Source of the DNA: a virus
Virus record (IMG/VR): IMGVR_UViG_3300035698_001735
Coordinates: 52,741 to 116,740 of that record
Length of the DNA: 64,000 nt
Strand: one strand, 5' to 3'
Notes under the pieces: model-generated
Told to the model about the DNA's origin: nothing
Seen by the model: the letters and a program-made list of their open reading frames with translations, nothing else
Databases searched by the model: none
In this document: piece after piece, positions 28,591 through 37,207 of the stretch
Numbering within the stretch: position 1 is the first letter of the stretch
How the letters are laid out: every line of letters begins with the position of its first letter
Made by a program: the position numbers and the translations under genes

Positions 28591-28665
28591 GTCCCCTTCG
28601 TCTAGCGGTTAGGACGCTAGGTTTTCATCCTAGTAACAGGAGTTCGATTCTCCTAGGGGACACCA
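28591..28665 (+). tRNA. tRNA-Glu(TTC)
   Basis: Cloverleaf, CCA. Confidence 0.93.
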
Positions 28666-28671
28666 AACAAT

Positions 28672-28745
28672 GGCGTATGTAGCTCAGTTGGTAGAGCCCC
28701 GGATTGTGAAGCCGGTATGCGCGGGTTCGAGTCCCGTCATTCGCC
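28672..28745 (+). tRNA. tRNA-His(GTG), no adjacent encoded CCA
   Basis: G-1:C73 extended acceptor; CCA-bearing copy of the 3' strand lies at 29478-29490. Confidence 0.85.
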
Positions 28746-28785
28746 AATGTGTATAAATATATTGTATACATTGGCGAGTGAACAA

Positions 28786-29471
28786 ATGAAACATTTTATT
28801 ATATACAAAACTACAAATATAATTAATAACAAAGTATATATCGGCATGCACGAAACGTATAATGTAAACGACGGATACCTAGGGTCTGGCAAAATACTAA
28901 AACGAGCTATTAACCGATACGGAATTGAAAACTTTAAGAAACAGGTTCTATACGATTTTAAGACTCGCGACGAAATGATTAACAAAGAAGAAGCGATTGT
29001 TACGGCTAGTTTTGTAGCTAGCACTACTAATTATAACTTATGCGAGGGCGGCAAAGGAGGATTCTCGTATATAAATTCAAATGGGTTAAATGGCTCAAAA
29101 AAAGGAAGGATCGGTTATGATAGCAAATCGCAAACGACTCGAGACGAGTGGATAAAAAAAGCAAGACTTGTTTGAAAGAGTGGCGAGAGAGTCATAAGTC
29201 AAAGGCAGCTTACGTTCAACGAGTTATCACTATACGAGAAAGATACGGCGATGATGGATTTAAGACTTTTTTAGGGAAAAAACACACCGAACTATCTAAA
29301 CAATTAATAAGCGCAAGTGCTAAAGTTACTAGCAAAGGTGCGAAAAATTCTCAATATGGTACTAGGTGGATACATTCGTTAACTGAAAGAAAGAGTGTAA
29401 AAATTAGAAAAGAAGAGCTCTTGCCTATAGGGTGGATCGAAGGTCGTAAGATGAAGTTTAGTGACGGCTAG
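28786..29471 (+). mobile_element. free-standing GIY-YIG (Seg-like) homing endonuclease, frameshifted at an A7 run near 29154-29160
   Basis: IYKTTN..NNKVYIGMH...YLGSG, YNL..GG.GG; second frame has FLGKKHT.LSK and NSQYGTRWI. Confidence 0.85.
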
Positions 29472-29497
29472 CTAACTGTCATTCGCCCCAAATTAAT

Positions 29498-29580
29498 GCG
29501 GAACTGGTTAATACAAATTGGCACAGTTACTACTCTTAGAAAGTAGACCCTTCCGGGTTCGAGTCCCGGGTTCCGTACCA
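29498..29580 (+). tRNA. tRNA-Leu(TAG), atypical (enlarged D region, short variable arm)
   Basis: CTACT-CTTAGAA-AGTAG, perfect T arm, CCA. Confidence 0.75.
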
Positions 29581-29593
29581 AACAAATAACCAC

Positions 29594-29679
29594 GGGCTTG
29601 TGGTGGAATGGGATACACACTGGTTTCAAGTACCAGCGCCGAGCGAGGTATGAGAGTTCGAATCTCTCCAGGCCCACCA
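29594..29679 (+). tRNA. tRNA-Leu(CAA)
   Basis: Cloverleaf, long variable arm, CCA. Confidence 0.9.
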
Positions 29680-29686
29680 AATTAAT

Positions 29687-29760
29687 GCGCTGCTAACTCA
29701 ATGGCAGAGTATCGGGCTTTTAACCCGACTATCAGGGTTCGATTCCCTGGCGGCGTACCA
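29687..29760 (+). tRNA. tRNA-Lys(TTT)
   Basis: Cloverleaf, CCA. Confidence 0.92.
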
Positions 29761-29779
29761 CATTAGTGATAAATAAAGA

Positions 29780-30022
29780 ATGCGCTTAAGAGAATTCACA
29801 GAACCTGCTGTACAGGAATCACCAATAGCTAGTAGTTGGCAAGTTGATCTAACATACGATCGTGCTAACAGTGCCATAACAATGGTGACTAACAAGAACT
29901 TTCGTTACAGAATAAGTAACATACCTTGGGAGTTGTACAGAGGCTGGAGACGTTCGCGCAGTAAAGGAAAGTACTGGCATAAGTACATTAAAAATCAATA
30001 TCAAATTGATCGCATCCTTTAA
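29780..30022 (+). CDS. KTSC-domain protein
   Basis: SS....YD.....Y....P..Y.....S.SKGKYW..YIK..Y; GATAAATA late box. Confidence 0.8.
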   Translation: MRLREFTEPAVQESPIASSWQVDLTYDRANSAITMVTNKNFRYRISNIPWELYRGWRRSRSKGKYWHKYIKNQYQIDRIL

Positions 30023-30086
30023 CCTTTCTTTATAGTTGACTAGTAGTAACATACGTGTTACACTTAGTACAACAAAACAATTTAAT

Positions 30087-30158
30087 TCCAGTGTAGCTCA
30101 GGTCATAGAGCGCCGAGTCACTCGGGTGTCGCAGCTTTGAACCCTGTCACTGGATCCA
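30087..30158 (+). ncRNA. tRNA-like RNA with a 3-nt (TCA) anticodon loop
   Basis: TCCAGTG/CACTGGA acceptor plus CCA, D arm, CCGAG-TCA-CTCGG. Confidence 0.65.
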
Positions 30159-30166
30159 AGTTTTAT

Positions 30167-30242
30167 TCCGGAGTAGCTCAGTTGGTAGAGCGTCGGGCTG
30201 TTAACTCGAATGTCGCGGGATCGTAACCTGCCTCTGGAGCCA
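30167..30242 (+). tRNA. tRNA-Asn(GTT)
   Basis: Cloverleaf, CCA. Confidence 0.9.
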
Positions 30243-30250
30243 ATTTTAAA

Positions 30251-30326
30251 TGGTATGTAGCTCAGTTGGTAGAGCGCCTGACTGTTAATCAGGATGTCGC
30301 GGGATCGTAACCTGCCATACCAGCCA
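30251..30326 (+). tRNA. tRNA-Asn(GTT), second copy
   Basis: Cloverleaf, CCA. Confidence 0.9.
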
Positions 30327-30342
30327 ATTTAAGGAGATTGAT

Positions 30343-30552
30343 ATGACTAAGTTAATTTGTAGTCGTGAATTTTTAGAAGATGCACTTCAACTTAATTGTC
30401 ATGATATCAAAATCGAATCAGTCGAAATGATACAGCATAACGAGCTTGATGCAGTACAGCTTAATTTATCTGGATCAACCGAAGACAGAATCGCATTAAA
30501 TTATACAAAGAATAAAGATGGTGTTATGACATCTAAAGTAGTAAAAGTATAA
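30343..30552 (+). CDS. hypothetical protein
   Basis: AAGGAG SD. Confidence 0.6.
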   Translation: MTKLICSREFLEDALQLNCHDIKIESVEMIQHNELDAVQLNLSGSTEDRIALNYTKNKDGVMTSKVVKV

Positions 30553-30562
30553 CAAAGAATAT

Positions 30563-30639
30563 CGGAAATTAGCTCAGTTTGGTAGAGTACACCGTTTGGG
30601 ACGGTGGGGTCGTCAGTTCGAACCTGACATTTCCGACCA
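30563..30639 (+). tRNA. tRNA-Pro(TGG)
   Basis: Cloverleaf, CCA. Confidence 0.92.
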
Positions 30640-30663
30640 ATTTAAGAAGTAGTAAAGTATTAT

Positions 30664-30739
30664 CTCTCTGTAGTGTAGTCTGGTAACATGGTCCGTTTGG
30701 GGCGGAGCGTCCGAGGTTCAAATCCTCGCAGAGAGACCA
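30664..30739 (+). tRNA. tRNA-Pro(TGG), second copy
   Basis: Cloverleaf, CCA. Confidence 0.88.
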
Positions 30740-30800
30740 ATTTAATAGTTGACATACAGTAATAGCAATGCTATACTTACTGTAGAAATTAACTAACAGA

Positions 30801-30875
30801 CGCAGGTCGGAGAAATGGTAACTCGCTAGGCTCATAACCTTGAGAACGTAGGTTCGATTCCTACACCTGCAACCA
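30801..30875 (+). tRNA. tRNA-Met(CAT), initiator-like
   Basis: C1:A72 mismatch, CTCATAA loop. Confidence 0.85.
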
Positions 30876-30883
30876 CTTTAAAC

Positions 30884-30959
30884 GCGGGTATAGCTCAGTT
30901 GGTAGAGCAGAAGGTTTCCAACCTTCATGTCAGGAGTTCGAGTCTCCTTACCCGCTCCA
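30884..30959 (+). tRNA. tRNA-Gly(TCC)
   Basis: Cloverleaf, U73, CCA. Confidence 0.95.
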
Positions 30960-30967
30960 AGTTTTAA

Positions 30968-31043
30968 GGGCCGGTAGCTCAACTGGTTAGAGCACTCGAC
31001 TCATAATCGAGAGGATAAGGTTCAAGTCCTTGGCGGCCTACCA
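30968..31043 (+). tRNA. tRNA(CAT), probably Ile2
   Basis: GGGCC acceptor start, CTCATAA loop; Ile2 versus Met is inference. Confidence 0.8.
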
Positions 31044-31078
31044 CTATTTAAGAAGTATAAATGTTAGAAAAGAGAAAA

Positions 31079-31151
31079 GGAGATGTAGCTCAATCGGGAG
31101 AGCGTTGCACTGTCACTGCAAAGGTAGCGAGATCAAAACTCGTCATTTCCG
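31079..31151 (+). tRNA. tRNA-Asp(GTC), followed by CCC rather than CCA
   Basis: TTGCA-CTGTCAC-TGCAA, G73. Confidence 0.82.
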
Positions 31152-31213
31152 CCCTTGGGGTATAAGAGTTTCGGTCTTATACCCGTTACTTGACACTGCG
31201 TATAAATACCTAC

Positions 31214-32089
31214 ATGTATTATACAATTTACCAAGTAACAAATAAAATCAACGGCAAGTGCTACATAGGAGCACATAGGACCAATGATTTAGATGACAAT
31301 TATATGGGATCAGGTAAGATCTTAAATTATGCTATTTCAAAATATGGATTAGATAATTTCAAAAAAGAATACCTGCATATATTTGAAAATTCAGATGCTA
31401 TGTTTAACATGGAGACAATGCTAGTTGATTGCGAATTTGTAAAAAGACAAGATACGTATAATCTCAAGCTAGGAGGATTCGGCGGCTGGGATTACGTTAA
31501 CAAGGCAGGGCTTAACAATTTCGGAAAAAACAAACTAGAAATTGCAAAGCTACTAAGCAGCAAGTCTAAAGGACGAAAGCCTAGTAGTAAAACACTAGCG
31601 GCTGCACGCAAAAGACATAGCGAAGGTGCGTATCGCCATACGTACTTCGGAAATAGAAAAAAAGACTACGACTATCGGTGCAAAGCGCAAACACCTGAAG
31701 CAAAGGCAAAGCGCTTAGCCTCGCAAGCTAAAATAGGCCATCAGCAAGGAAAAAGCAACTCGCAATACAACACTTGCTGGGTATACTGCAATGACACAGA
31801 TAGCAAAAAAAAGATAAACAAAAAGATGTTGCCCGAATACATAGCTAACGGATGGGTTAGGGGGCAATACAATAAAGAGCAGAAACAGGAAGAAAAACGT
31901 AATCTAGCAAGCGCTAAGAAAAAAGAACTTATCGACATCCGCACTAAGCTAGCTAAAGATTCACGAGATTTGTATATACACCTAGCTTATAGCTCGGTTA
32001 GAAAGTTTGTAAGAGATGGACATTACCCTTATTCCGTACAATGTTTACTGAATTTATGGAGAAGGTATATTCCTAATTTTGCTTTATGA
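31214..32089 (+). mobile_element. second GIY-YIG (Seg-like) homing endonuclease
   Basis: IYQVTNKINGKCYIGAH...YMGSG, YNLKLGGFGG, NSQYNTCWV; TATAAATA at 31201. Confidence 0.88.
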
Positions 32090-32094
32090 ATAAT

Positions 32095-32209
32095 ACACTT
32101 GAAGCTCACGGCGAGCACCTGACCTGCCCATTTAACGAAGCATGGTAATTATGCTTAGTTTGTGGGAGCCATTGGGAGGTAGGAAGTTCAAGTCTTCCCA
32201 AGTGTACCA
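32095..32209 (+). ncRNA. tRNA-like RNA with a ~40-nt hairpin insertion in the anticodon loop
   Basis: ACACTTG/CAAGTGT acceptor plus ACCA, D arm, GGAAG-TTCAAGT-CTTCC T arm. Confidence 0.7.
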
Positions 32210-32214
32210 TTTTC

Positions 32215-32340
32215 ATAGTTAGTTTAAGTACGCTCTTAACACGTGAGTTGTAGTCAAAACTAATAGCGAAAGCACAGTAGAGGCCCGTCGACAGTTGAAG
32301 TCGTTAACAATCTGGATGATAGTGTGAGTAGCGGTACTAT
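32215..32340 (+). ncRNA. candidate structured RNA (shares a motif with 42468-42625)
   Basis: Closing stems, CGAAAGCA...TAGAGGCCC. Confidence 0.4.
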
Positions 32341-32346
32341 ATTAAT

Positions 32347-32422
32347 GCACTTGTAGCTTAATTGGAAAAGCGCCGGTCTTCGAAACCGGAAGTTGGAAGT
32401 TCGAATCTTTCCAGGTGTACCA
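32347..32422 (+). tRNA. tRNA-Arg(TCG)
   Basis: Cloverleaf, CCA. Confidence 0.9.
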
Positions 32423-32428
32423 TTTTAA

Positions 32429-32504
32429 GGCGTCCAAGCTAACCAGGTGGAAGCGCATGTTTGAAGAACATGAGGGCTCGGATCGATACCGAGGGACGCT
32501 ACCA
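32429..32504 (+). tRNA. tRNA-Phe(GAA)
   Basis: Cloverleaf, CCA. Confidence 0.85.
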
Positions 32505-32627
32505 AGTTTTACTGTCTTAGATAGTAACAGAAAGAATGCTTAATCGGGGCTACGAACTTTTACTCTGCCCGAGGAGCGTTGCTGACATAGTTGGCACGCC
32601 TTTGTATTGTGATAGTAGTTTTAATAT

Positions 32628-32702
32628 GCGGGCGTAGCTCAGTGGTAGAGCGCAACTTTGCCGAAGTTGAAGTCGCGAGTTCGAATCTCGTCGCCCGCTC
32701 CA
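32628..32702 (+). tRNA. tRNA-Gly(GCC)
   Basis: Cloverleaf, CCA. Confidence 0.95.
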
Positions 32703-32704
32703 AG

Positions 32705-32842
32705 TTTGCGGTAGTTTAATATAAGGTTCCTAAGTACACGGATACTAGAGAATACCTGCTTATTGAGGCAGGAGATGGTAGCAACGTTTAAGGTGGCCAC
32801 CGGTTAACCTTGCGTGACTTAAATGCTCGCCCCACAAAGCCA
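32705..32842 (+). ncRNA. tRNA-like RNA with insertions in the D and T loops
   Basis: TTTGCGG/CCACAAA plus GCCA, CCTGC/GCAGG arm. Confidence 0.45.
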
Positions 32843-32850
32843 AATTCAAC

Positions 32851-32926
32851 AGCAGTGTAGCTCAGTTGGCAGAGCAATTCCTTCATACGGATTAGGTCGG
32901 AGGTTCAAATCCTCTCACTGCTACCA
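32851..32926 (+). tRNA. tRNA-Met(CAT), elongator-like
   Basis: Cloverleaf, TTCATAC loop, CCA. Confidence 0.88.
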
Positions 32927-32933
32927 AGTTTAT

Positions 32934-33005
32934 AGGTCGGCCTCTGGTGTGGGGTTGAAACTCCAAATCTCGACTTCCTCGGTTCGATTCCGAGCCGGCC
33001 TGCCA
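32934..33005 (+). tRNA. tRNA-Trp(CCA), reduced D arm
   Basis: CTCCAAA loop, perfect T arm, G73, CCA. Confidence 0.75.
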
Positions 33006-33027
33006 CTTACTCAGGATAAGTACTATT

Positions 33028-33420
33028 ATGAATGCAGAAAGTACATATTGTATAGAGCACAACATTGACTACGACAGAAAGTGTCATCAGTGCGAACTAG
33101 CAAAAATTATAGACGGCACGATTATAAAATACTCATCTCGCTCACGTTTACCGCAGTACGCTATTGAAGGTAGCGACGGTTATTTGTACGGTTGGTTTGA
33201 TATAGAAACAGCTGAACAAATATTAGCTGAGCTTGCGGTGATACGACTAAACAAAAATAATATATTACCTTGTCCGTTTTGCGGAGCAGAGGTTGAAATG
33301 TGTCCTAACAACAGTTATGGTGATTGCATTATAGGATGTAATTGCGATCACGAACCAGCTGTCATCGAACAAATTGGTAAAGAGGATTCCTTGATTAGTA
33401 AATGGAATAGAAGAGCATGA
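33028..33420 (+). CDS. protein with C-terminal Lar-like Zn ribbon
   Basis: LPCPFCG...I.C.C...KWNRRA. Confidence 0.65.
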   Translation: MNAESTYCIEHNIDYDRKCHQCELAKIIDGTIIKYSSRSRLPQYAIEGSDGYLYGWFDIETAEQILAELAVIRLNKNNILPCPFCGAEVEMCPNNSYGDCIIGCNCDHEPAVIEQIGKEDSLISKWNRRA

Positions 33421-33781
33421 AAAAATACTGCTAATGTTAACATTGTTACTGCCGTGCTTTGCATTTGCAGAAACCGACATGGATAAACTTGATTTTAGTC
33501 CAACTCGCGGAGAGAAGTTCATTGACTTTACTGCTACTAACAGTAAAACCTTTATTGAAGTAGGCATAGGAACAAACAACAGTTTGATTAATCCTGGGCA
33601 AGACTGGAATGACGGAGGCGGCACTGGTGCTTACATAGGCATTAGGCGAGAATGGAGTAACGGGTGGGTTATACAACTGTCGCACTATAGTCAGTGGGAA
33701 ATAGGTCCTCCGTTTAACAATAAAGAAGAGTCTTCGCTTGATCATATCGGGCTTGGATACAGATTTCAAATTTTTAAATAA
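33417..33781 (+). CDS. secreted/outer-membrane beta protein (start broken by an A6 run; in-frame ATG at 33434)
   Basis: Signal peptide ending AFA; amphipathic strands; C-terminal GLGYRFQIF. Confidence 0.55.
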
Positions 33782-34397
33782 GGTACACATGTTAATGCAA
33801 GTTAAGAAGACAGTAGATCTACGTGATTCTAGTGGTGATATCAGAGGTATGTACGAACGAGAACTTGTAGAAAACTGCTCAACAACCAGTAGTAAGTATA
33901 CTAATAATCTAAGAGCATTTGACGAGATGCTGCAAGAGATTGCAGACACTGCATTTAAAATGGGCCAAGAGGAAGGCATGTAATCGATACAAAACTAGTG
34001 CCATCACTGAGTAAACTTATTATTAAAGTACTTGACAACGAAGCTAACTTTATGTTATACTGTAGTAAGACTGCTAACTACCACAACGGCTTAGTTGGCT
34101 TTTATATGAAAAAGAAAAGATGCTTACTTACACTTATCTCGGCTAATGGAAAAATGTTGACCGAGGAAGTAAAAACAAAAGACGTATTAGACTGGTACAA
34201 TAACATATGATTGATGTAAAATTAGAAGCAGCCGAAGTCAACCTTATTATGAATCTCATGGAGGAAATGCGGAAGCCGGTGCCAAAAAACTTATGCGCCA
34301 CGTTTTATAGAACTCTTAAGTACAATGGCGATGTAAAACTAAAAGAAATTGCAGATCGGTTAGCAAATAAGATTACTGCTAACTAAGAAAAGAATAT

Positions 34398-34477
34398 GGG
34401 GAATGGGACTGCTTGGGGTGGTCGCTGCACTTGCAATGCAGATATTCAGATCGGTTCGAATCCGATATTCTCCACCA
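34398..34477 (+). tRNA. tRNA-Ala(TGC)
   Basis: G3:U70, CCA. Confidence 0.88.
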
Positions 34478-34482
34478 ATTAC

Positions 34483-34561
34483 GGTGTTGTAGCATACCGA
34501 AGAATGTGCTCGGTCTTAAAGGCCAAGAGAGTGGTAGGTTCAATTCCCCGTTTCTTCACCA
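34483..34561 (+). pseudogene. degenerate tRNA remnant
   Basis: D-like arm, GGT-CTTAAAG-GCC, GGTTCAATTCC, terminal CCA, poor acceptor pairing. Confidence 0.4.
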
Positions 34562-34580
34562 AACAAGAGAGGGTACATTT

Positions 34581-34901
34581 ATGATAACCAGTGAATTTAG
34601 ACAAAAGTTTTTTCAAGACACAGATCACACCGGGCGTCATATAGTAGTATCGTTTCGAACCGGACGACAGTATTTTGTTGAATGTATTGAAGGACTTACA
34701 CGCCGCAAGTGGGGAGACCTGAATCCAGCTACTGGCAAAGTAGAAGGACAGTACGGACAAAAGTATCGAGGGTGCATTGACGCAGCCGACAGCATGATCT
34801 CAGAAGAAAATGGATTTAAAAACGTACAGACGTTTGGTCCCGGAGAGAGTCCATATGCTGCGATCGACAAGCGCGATGCTACATATCCAGACAAAGTTTA
34901 A
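34581..34901 (+). CDS. conserved phage hypothetical protein
   Basis: GAGG SD; TGR.IV.S.RTG..Y.VE...WGDLNPAT...GF.N. Confidence 0.7.
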   Translation: MITSEFRQKFFQDTDHTGRHIVVSFRTGRQYFVECIEGLTRRKWGDLNPATGKVEGQYGQKYRGCIDAADSMISEENGFKNVQTFGPGESPYAAIDKRDATYPDKV

Positions 34902-34921
34902 GAAAGAAGCATAAGTATTAC

Positions 34922-34996
34922 GCTCTTATAGTTTAACTGGAAAAACAGGAGATTTGTAACCTTCAGTTCTCGGGTCAGTTCCGAGTGAGAGCTCCA
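34922..34996 (+). tRNA. tRNA-Thr(TGT)
   Basis: Cloverleaf with atypical T loop, CCA. Confidence 0.8.
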
Positions 34997-35001
34997 ATAA
35001 T

Positions 35002-35076
35002 TGGGGATTAGCTTAATTGGTAAAGCACCGGACTTTGAATCCGGTTTTACGAGTTCGAATCTTGTATCCCCAGCCA
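35002..35076 (+). tRNA. tRNA-Gln(TTG)
   Basis: U1:A72, cloverleaf, CCA. Confidence 0.93.
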
Positions 35077-35081
35077 CATAT

Positions 35082-35158
35082 GTCCCTATCGTCTAGTCGG
35101 CCTAGGACGCTGCTTTCTCAGAGTGGAAACGTTGGTTCAAACCCAGCTAGGGACGCCA
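35082..35158 (+). tRNA. tRNA-Glu(CTC)
   Basis: Cloverleaf, CCA. Confidence 0.88.
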
Positions 35159-35237
35159 TTTTTAGTAACAAACTTCTTGACATTTAACATTGCTAAGCGT
35201 ATAGTACATGCTTAACAATTAATACACAGGGTAAGTT

Positions 35238-36281
35238 ATGTTTGATCACAGTGTGCAACGTATAGGCTTTGCCTGTAAATACAGATTCGAAGACTACACG
35301 CAGCCTAAAAAAGTTCGCGTAGCCGCCGAGGCGGTATTCAACGGTCGCTCTACAACCGCAGCATGGCTTGGACGACAAACTAAAGACGAAGCATACACAC
35401 GCTTATATGAAATTGTAGTAGACAACGTACAGTGCTATTATAAGCTTGTAGAATATGCAAGCACGTTAGCGCCGCACTTACGCTTACTAAGGCTTGGTTC
35501 AGATGTGTTTCCTATGTTTACGCACAATGCGTGGAAATCGTTTTACACAGACACTGATATACTTAAAGTTGCAGAACGCGAACTTGCTAAAGTAGGTGCA
35601 TTAGCTAAGAAGCACGATGTGCGCCTTTCTATGCATCCCGGGCAGTTTACAGTACTTGCTTCTGAAACAGAAAGTATTGTTATTAAATCTATTGAAGAAA
35701 TGGAGTATCATGCTACAGTTGCACAGATGATGGGCTACGGTGATGTATGGCACGACTTTAAAATTAATGTACATATTTCAGGACGTAAAGGTCCGCAGGG
35801 TATATTAGATGCGTTACCGCGTTTAAGTACGCCAGCACGTAATATGCTTACTATCGAAAACGAAGAAGTATCATGGGGCTTAGAGCAAACGCTCGAGCTT
35901 GCAGACAAAGTAGCACTAGTGCTTGATATACACCATCACTGGGTTCGCGAAGGTGAATACATTCAACCAACTGATGATAAATGGAAGCGCGTAATTGATA
36001 GCTGGCGCGGGGTTCGACCTACTATACACTATTCGTTATCGCGATTAGATGTACTACACAGTCACAACCCAGACATACTGCCTAATATGGAAGAACTGTT
36101 AGAACAAGGTTACAAGAAGTCTAAGTTACGAGCACACAGTGACACTATGTGGAACAATGTTGCTAATGACTGGGCTGTTACATTTTTACCCGACGCTGAT
36201 ATTATGGTAGAAGCTAAGCATAAAAATCGCGCATCTATTAAACTATACGAGGATCATGTTCATGTCACTAATGGGAAATAA
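35238..36281 (+). CDS. uvsE: UV damage endonuclease
   Basis: RIGFACK, RLGSD, RLSMHPGQFTVLAS, IEEMEYH, NVHISG, TIENEE, LDIHHHW, RAHSD, DIMVEAK.K. Confidence 0.93.
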   Translation: MFDHSVQRIGFACKYRFEDYTQPKKVRVAAEAVFNGRSTTAAWLGRQTKDEAYTRLYEIVVDNVQCYYKLVEYASTLAPHLRLLRLGSDVFPMFTHNAWKSFYTDTDILKVAERELAKVGALAKKHDVRLSMHPGQFTVLASETESIVIKSIEEMEYHATVAQMMGYGDVWHDFKINVHISGRKGPQGILDALPRLSTPARNMLTIENEEVSWGLEQTLELADKVALVLDIHHHWVREGEYIQPTDDKWKRVIDSWRGVRPTIHYSLSRLDVLHSHNPDILPNMEELLEQGYKKSKLRAHSDTMWNNVANDWAVTFLPDADIMVEAKHKNRASIKLYEDHVHVTNGK

Positions 36282-36579
36282 CGAACTAGAGATGTTTCAA
36301 GCTGCTATGGTAGAAGCAAGGCGCATGTCTGAAAATGGCGAAGAAGTTGACGAGAAGCACATTTTAAGAATGTCCTTAGAGTTTGCTTTCCAAAAAGGCG
36401 TTGAGGCCGGAACGCAGGTAAGCTGCGTTGCTCTTTTTAAGAAGCTAGTATCACACTACGGCAATGAACTAGGCACAGACATTGCAAAGCTAATTGACAT
36501 TGGCAGCCCCGAAGATTTAGAAAAACACACAGCAGAAATACGTAAAAAAGTTCAAGACATTAAAAAAACGGATCCTTAG
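36256..36579 (+). CDS. hypothetical protein
   Basis: GAGG SD; stop lies inside the next tRNA. Confidence 0.6.
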   Translation: MFMSLMGNNELEMFQAAMVEARRMSENGEEVDEKHILRMSLEFAFQKGVEAGTQVSCVALFKKLVSHYGNELGTDIAKLIDIGSPEDLEKHTAEIRKKVQDIKKTDP

Positions 36580-36645
36580 CTTAGCGGCAAAAGCTTCTGG
36601 TTTACACCCAGAGAATCGCAGGTTCGAGTCCTGCAGGATCCACCA
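36570..36645 (+). tRNA. tRNA-Val(TAC), second copy
   Basis: Cloverleaf, CCA. Confidence 0.9.
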
Positions 36646-36664
36646 TTTTAAGAGGCGCGTAATT

Positions 36665-37207
36665 ATGAAAGTTACTACGTTACACCAGCTTGAAAAATTT
36701 GCTATAGCAAACGCTACTTACATATTAGTAGCCGGCGGAATAGGAATTGGTAAAAGTCACATTATTTCTAGCGCTATGCCGTTCGTACCAATTATGGATA
36801 TTGATCACGAAATGGACAAGTATGGCCTTACTAAATATAATGAAAAGAACATGTTACAATGCAGGAAATCACTAAGCACTAAAATTAAGTCTATGATTGC
36901 GAACGGCGCTAGTTTAGTTGCTATGGGAACAGCGGCTGATACAGTGTTTACAATTGATCGCTTATACGGTGCAAAGCAAGCAGGCATGAAAACTGCACTA
37001 GTACACATTACCGCCCCGCACTATCAAGCGCGATTACAAAACGAAGCGCGACGCGAGCAAGGACGAAGAGCAGTGCCAGTAGAAGATGAATATCTTCTAC
37101 GTCGTACTATTACCGAGTCAGCTATGACAGTTAGCACAGTTGGCCCATCCACTCTAGTAGATATCTTTATTCACATTGACAACACAAGAAAGACAGTATT
37201 ACTATGA
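36665..37207 (+). CDS. P-loop kinase-like protein (zeta/AAA_33-like)
   Basis: AGGIGIGKS, DIDHE, GTAA, N..R...GRRAVP. Confidence 0.7.
   Translation: MKVTTLHQLEKFAIANATYILVAGGIGIGKSHIISSAMPFVPIMDIDHEMDKYGLTKYNEKNMLQCRKSLSTKIKSMIANGASLVAMGTAADTVFTIDRLYGAKQAGMKTALVHITAPHYQARLQNEARREQGRRAVPVEDEYLLRRTITESAMTVSTVGPSTLVDIFIHIDNTRKTVLL

Noticed and set aside
29468..33068. Short ORFs at 29468, 29698, 30569, 31030, 32823
   Set aside because: They overlap tRNA genes.
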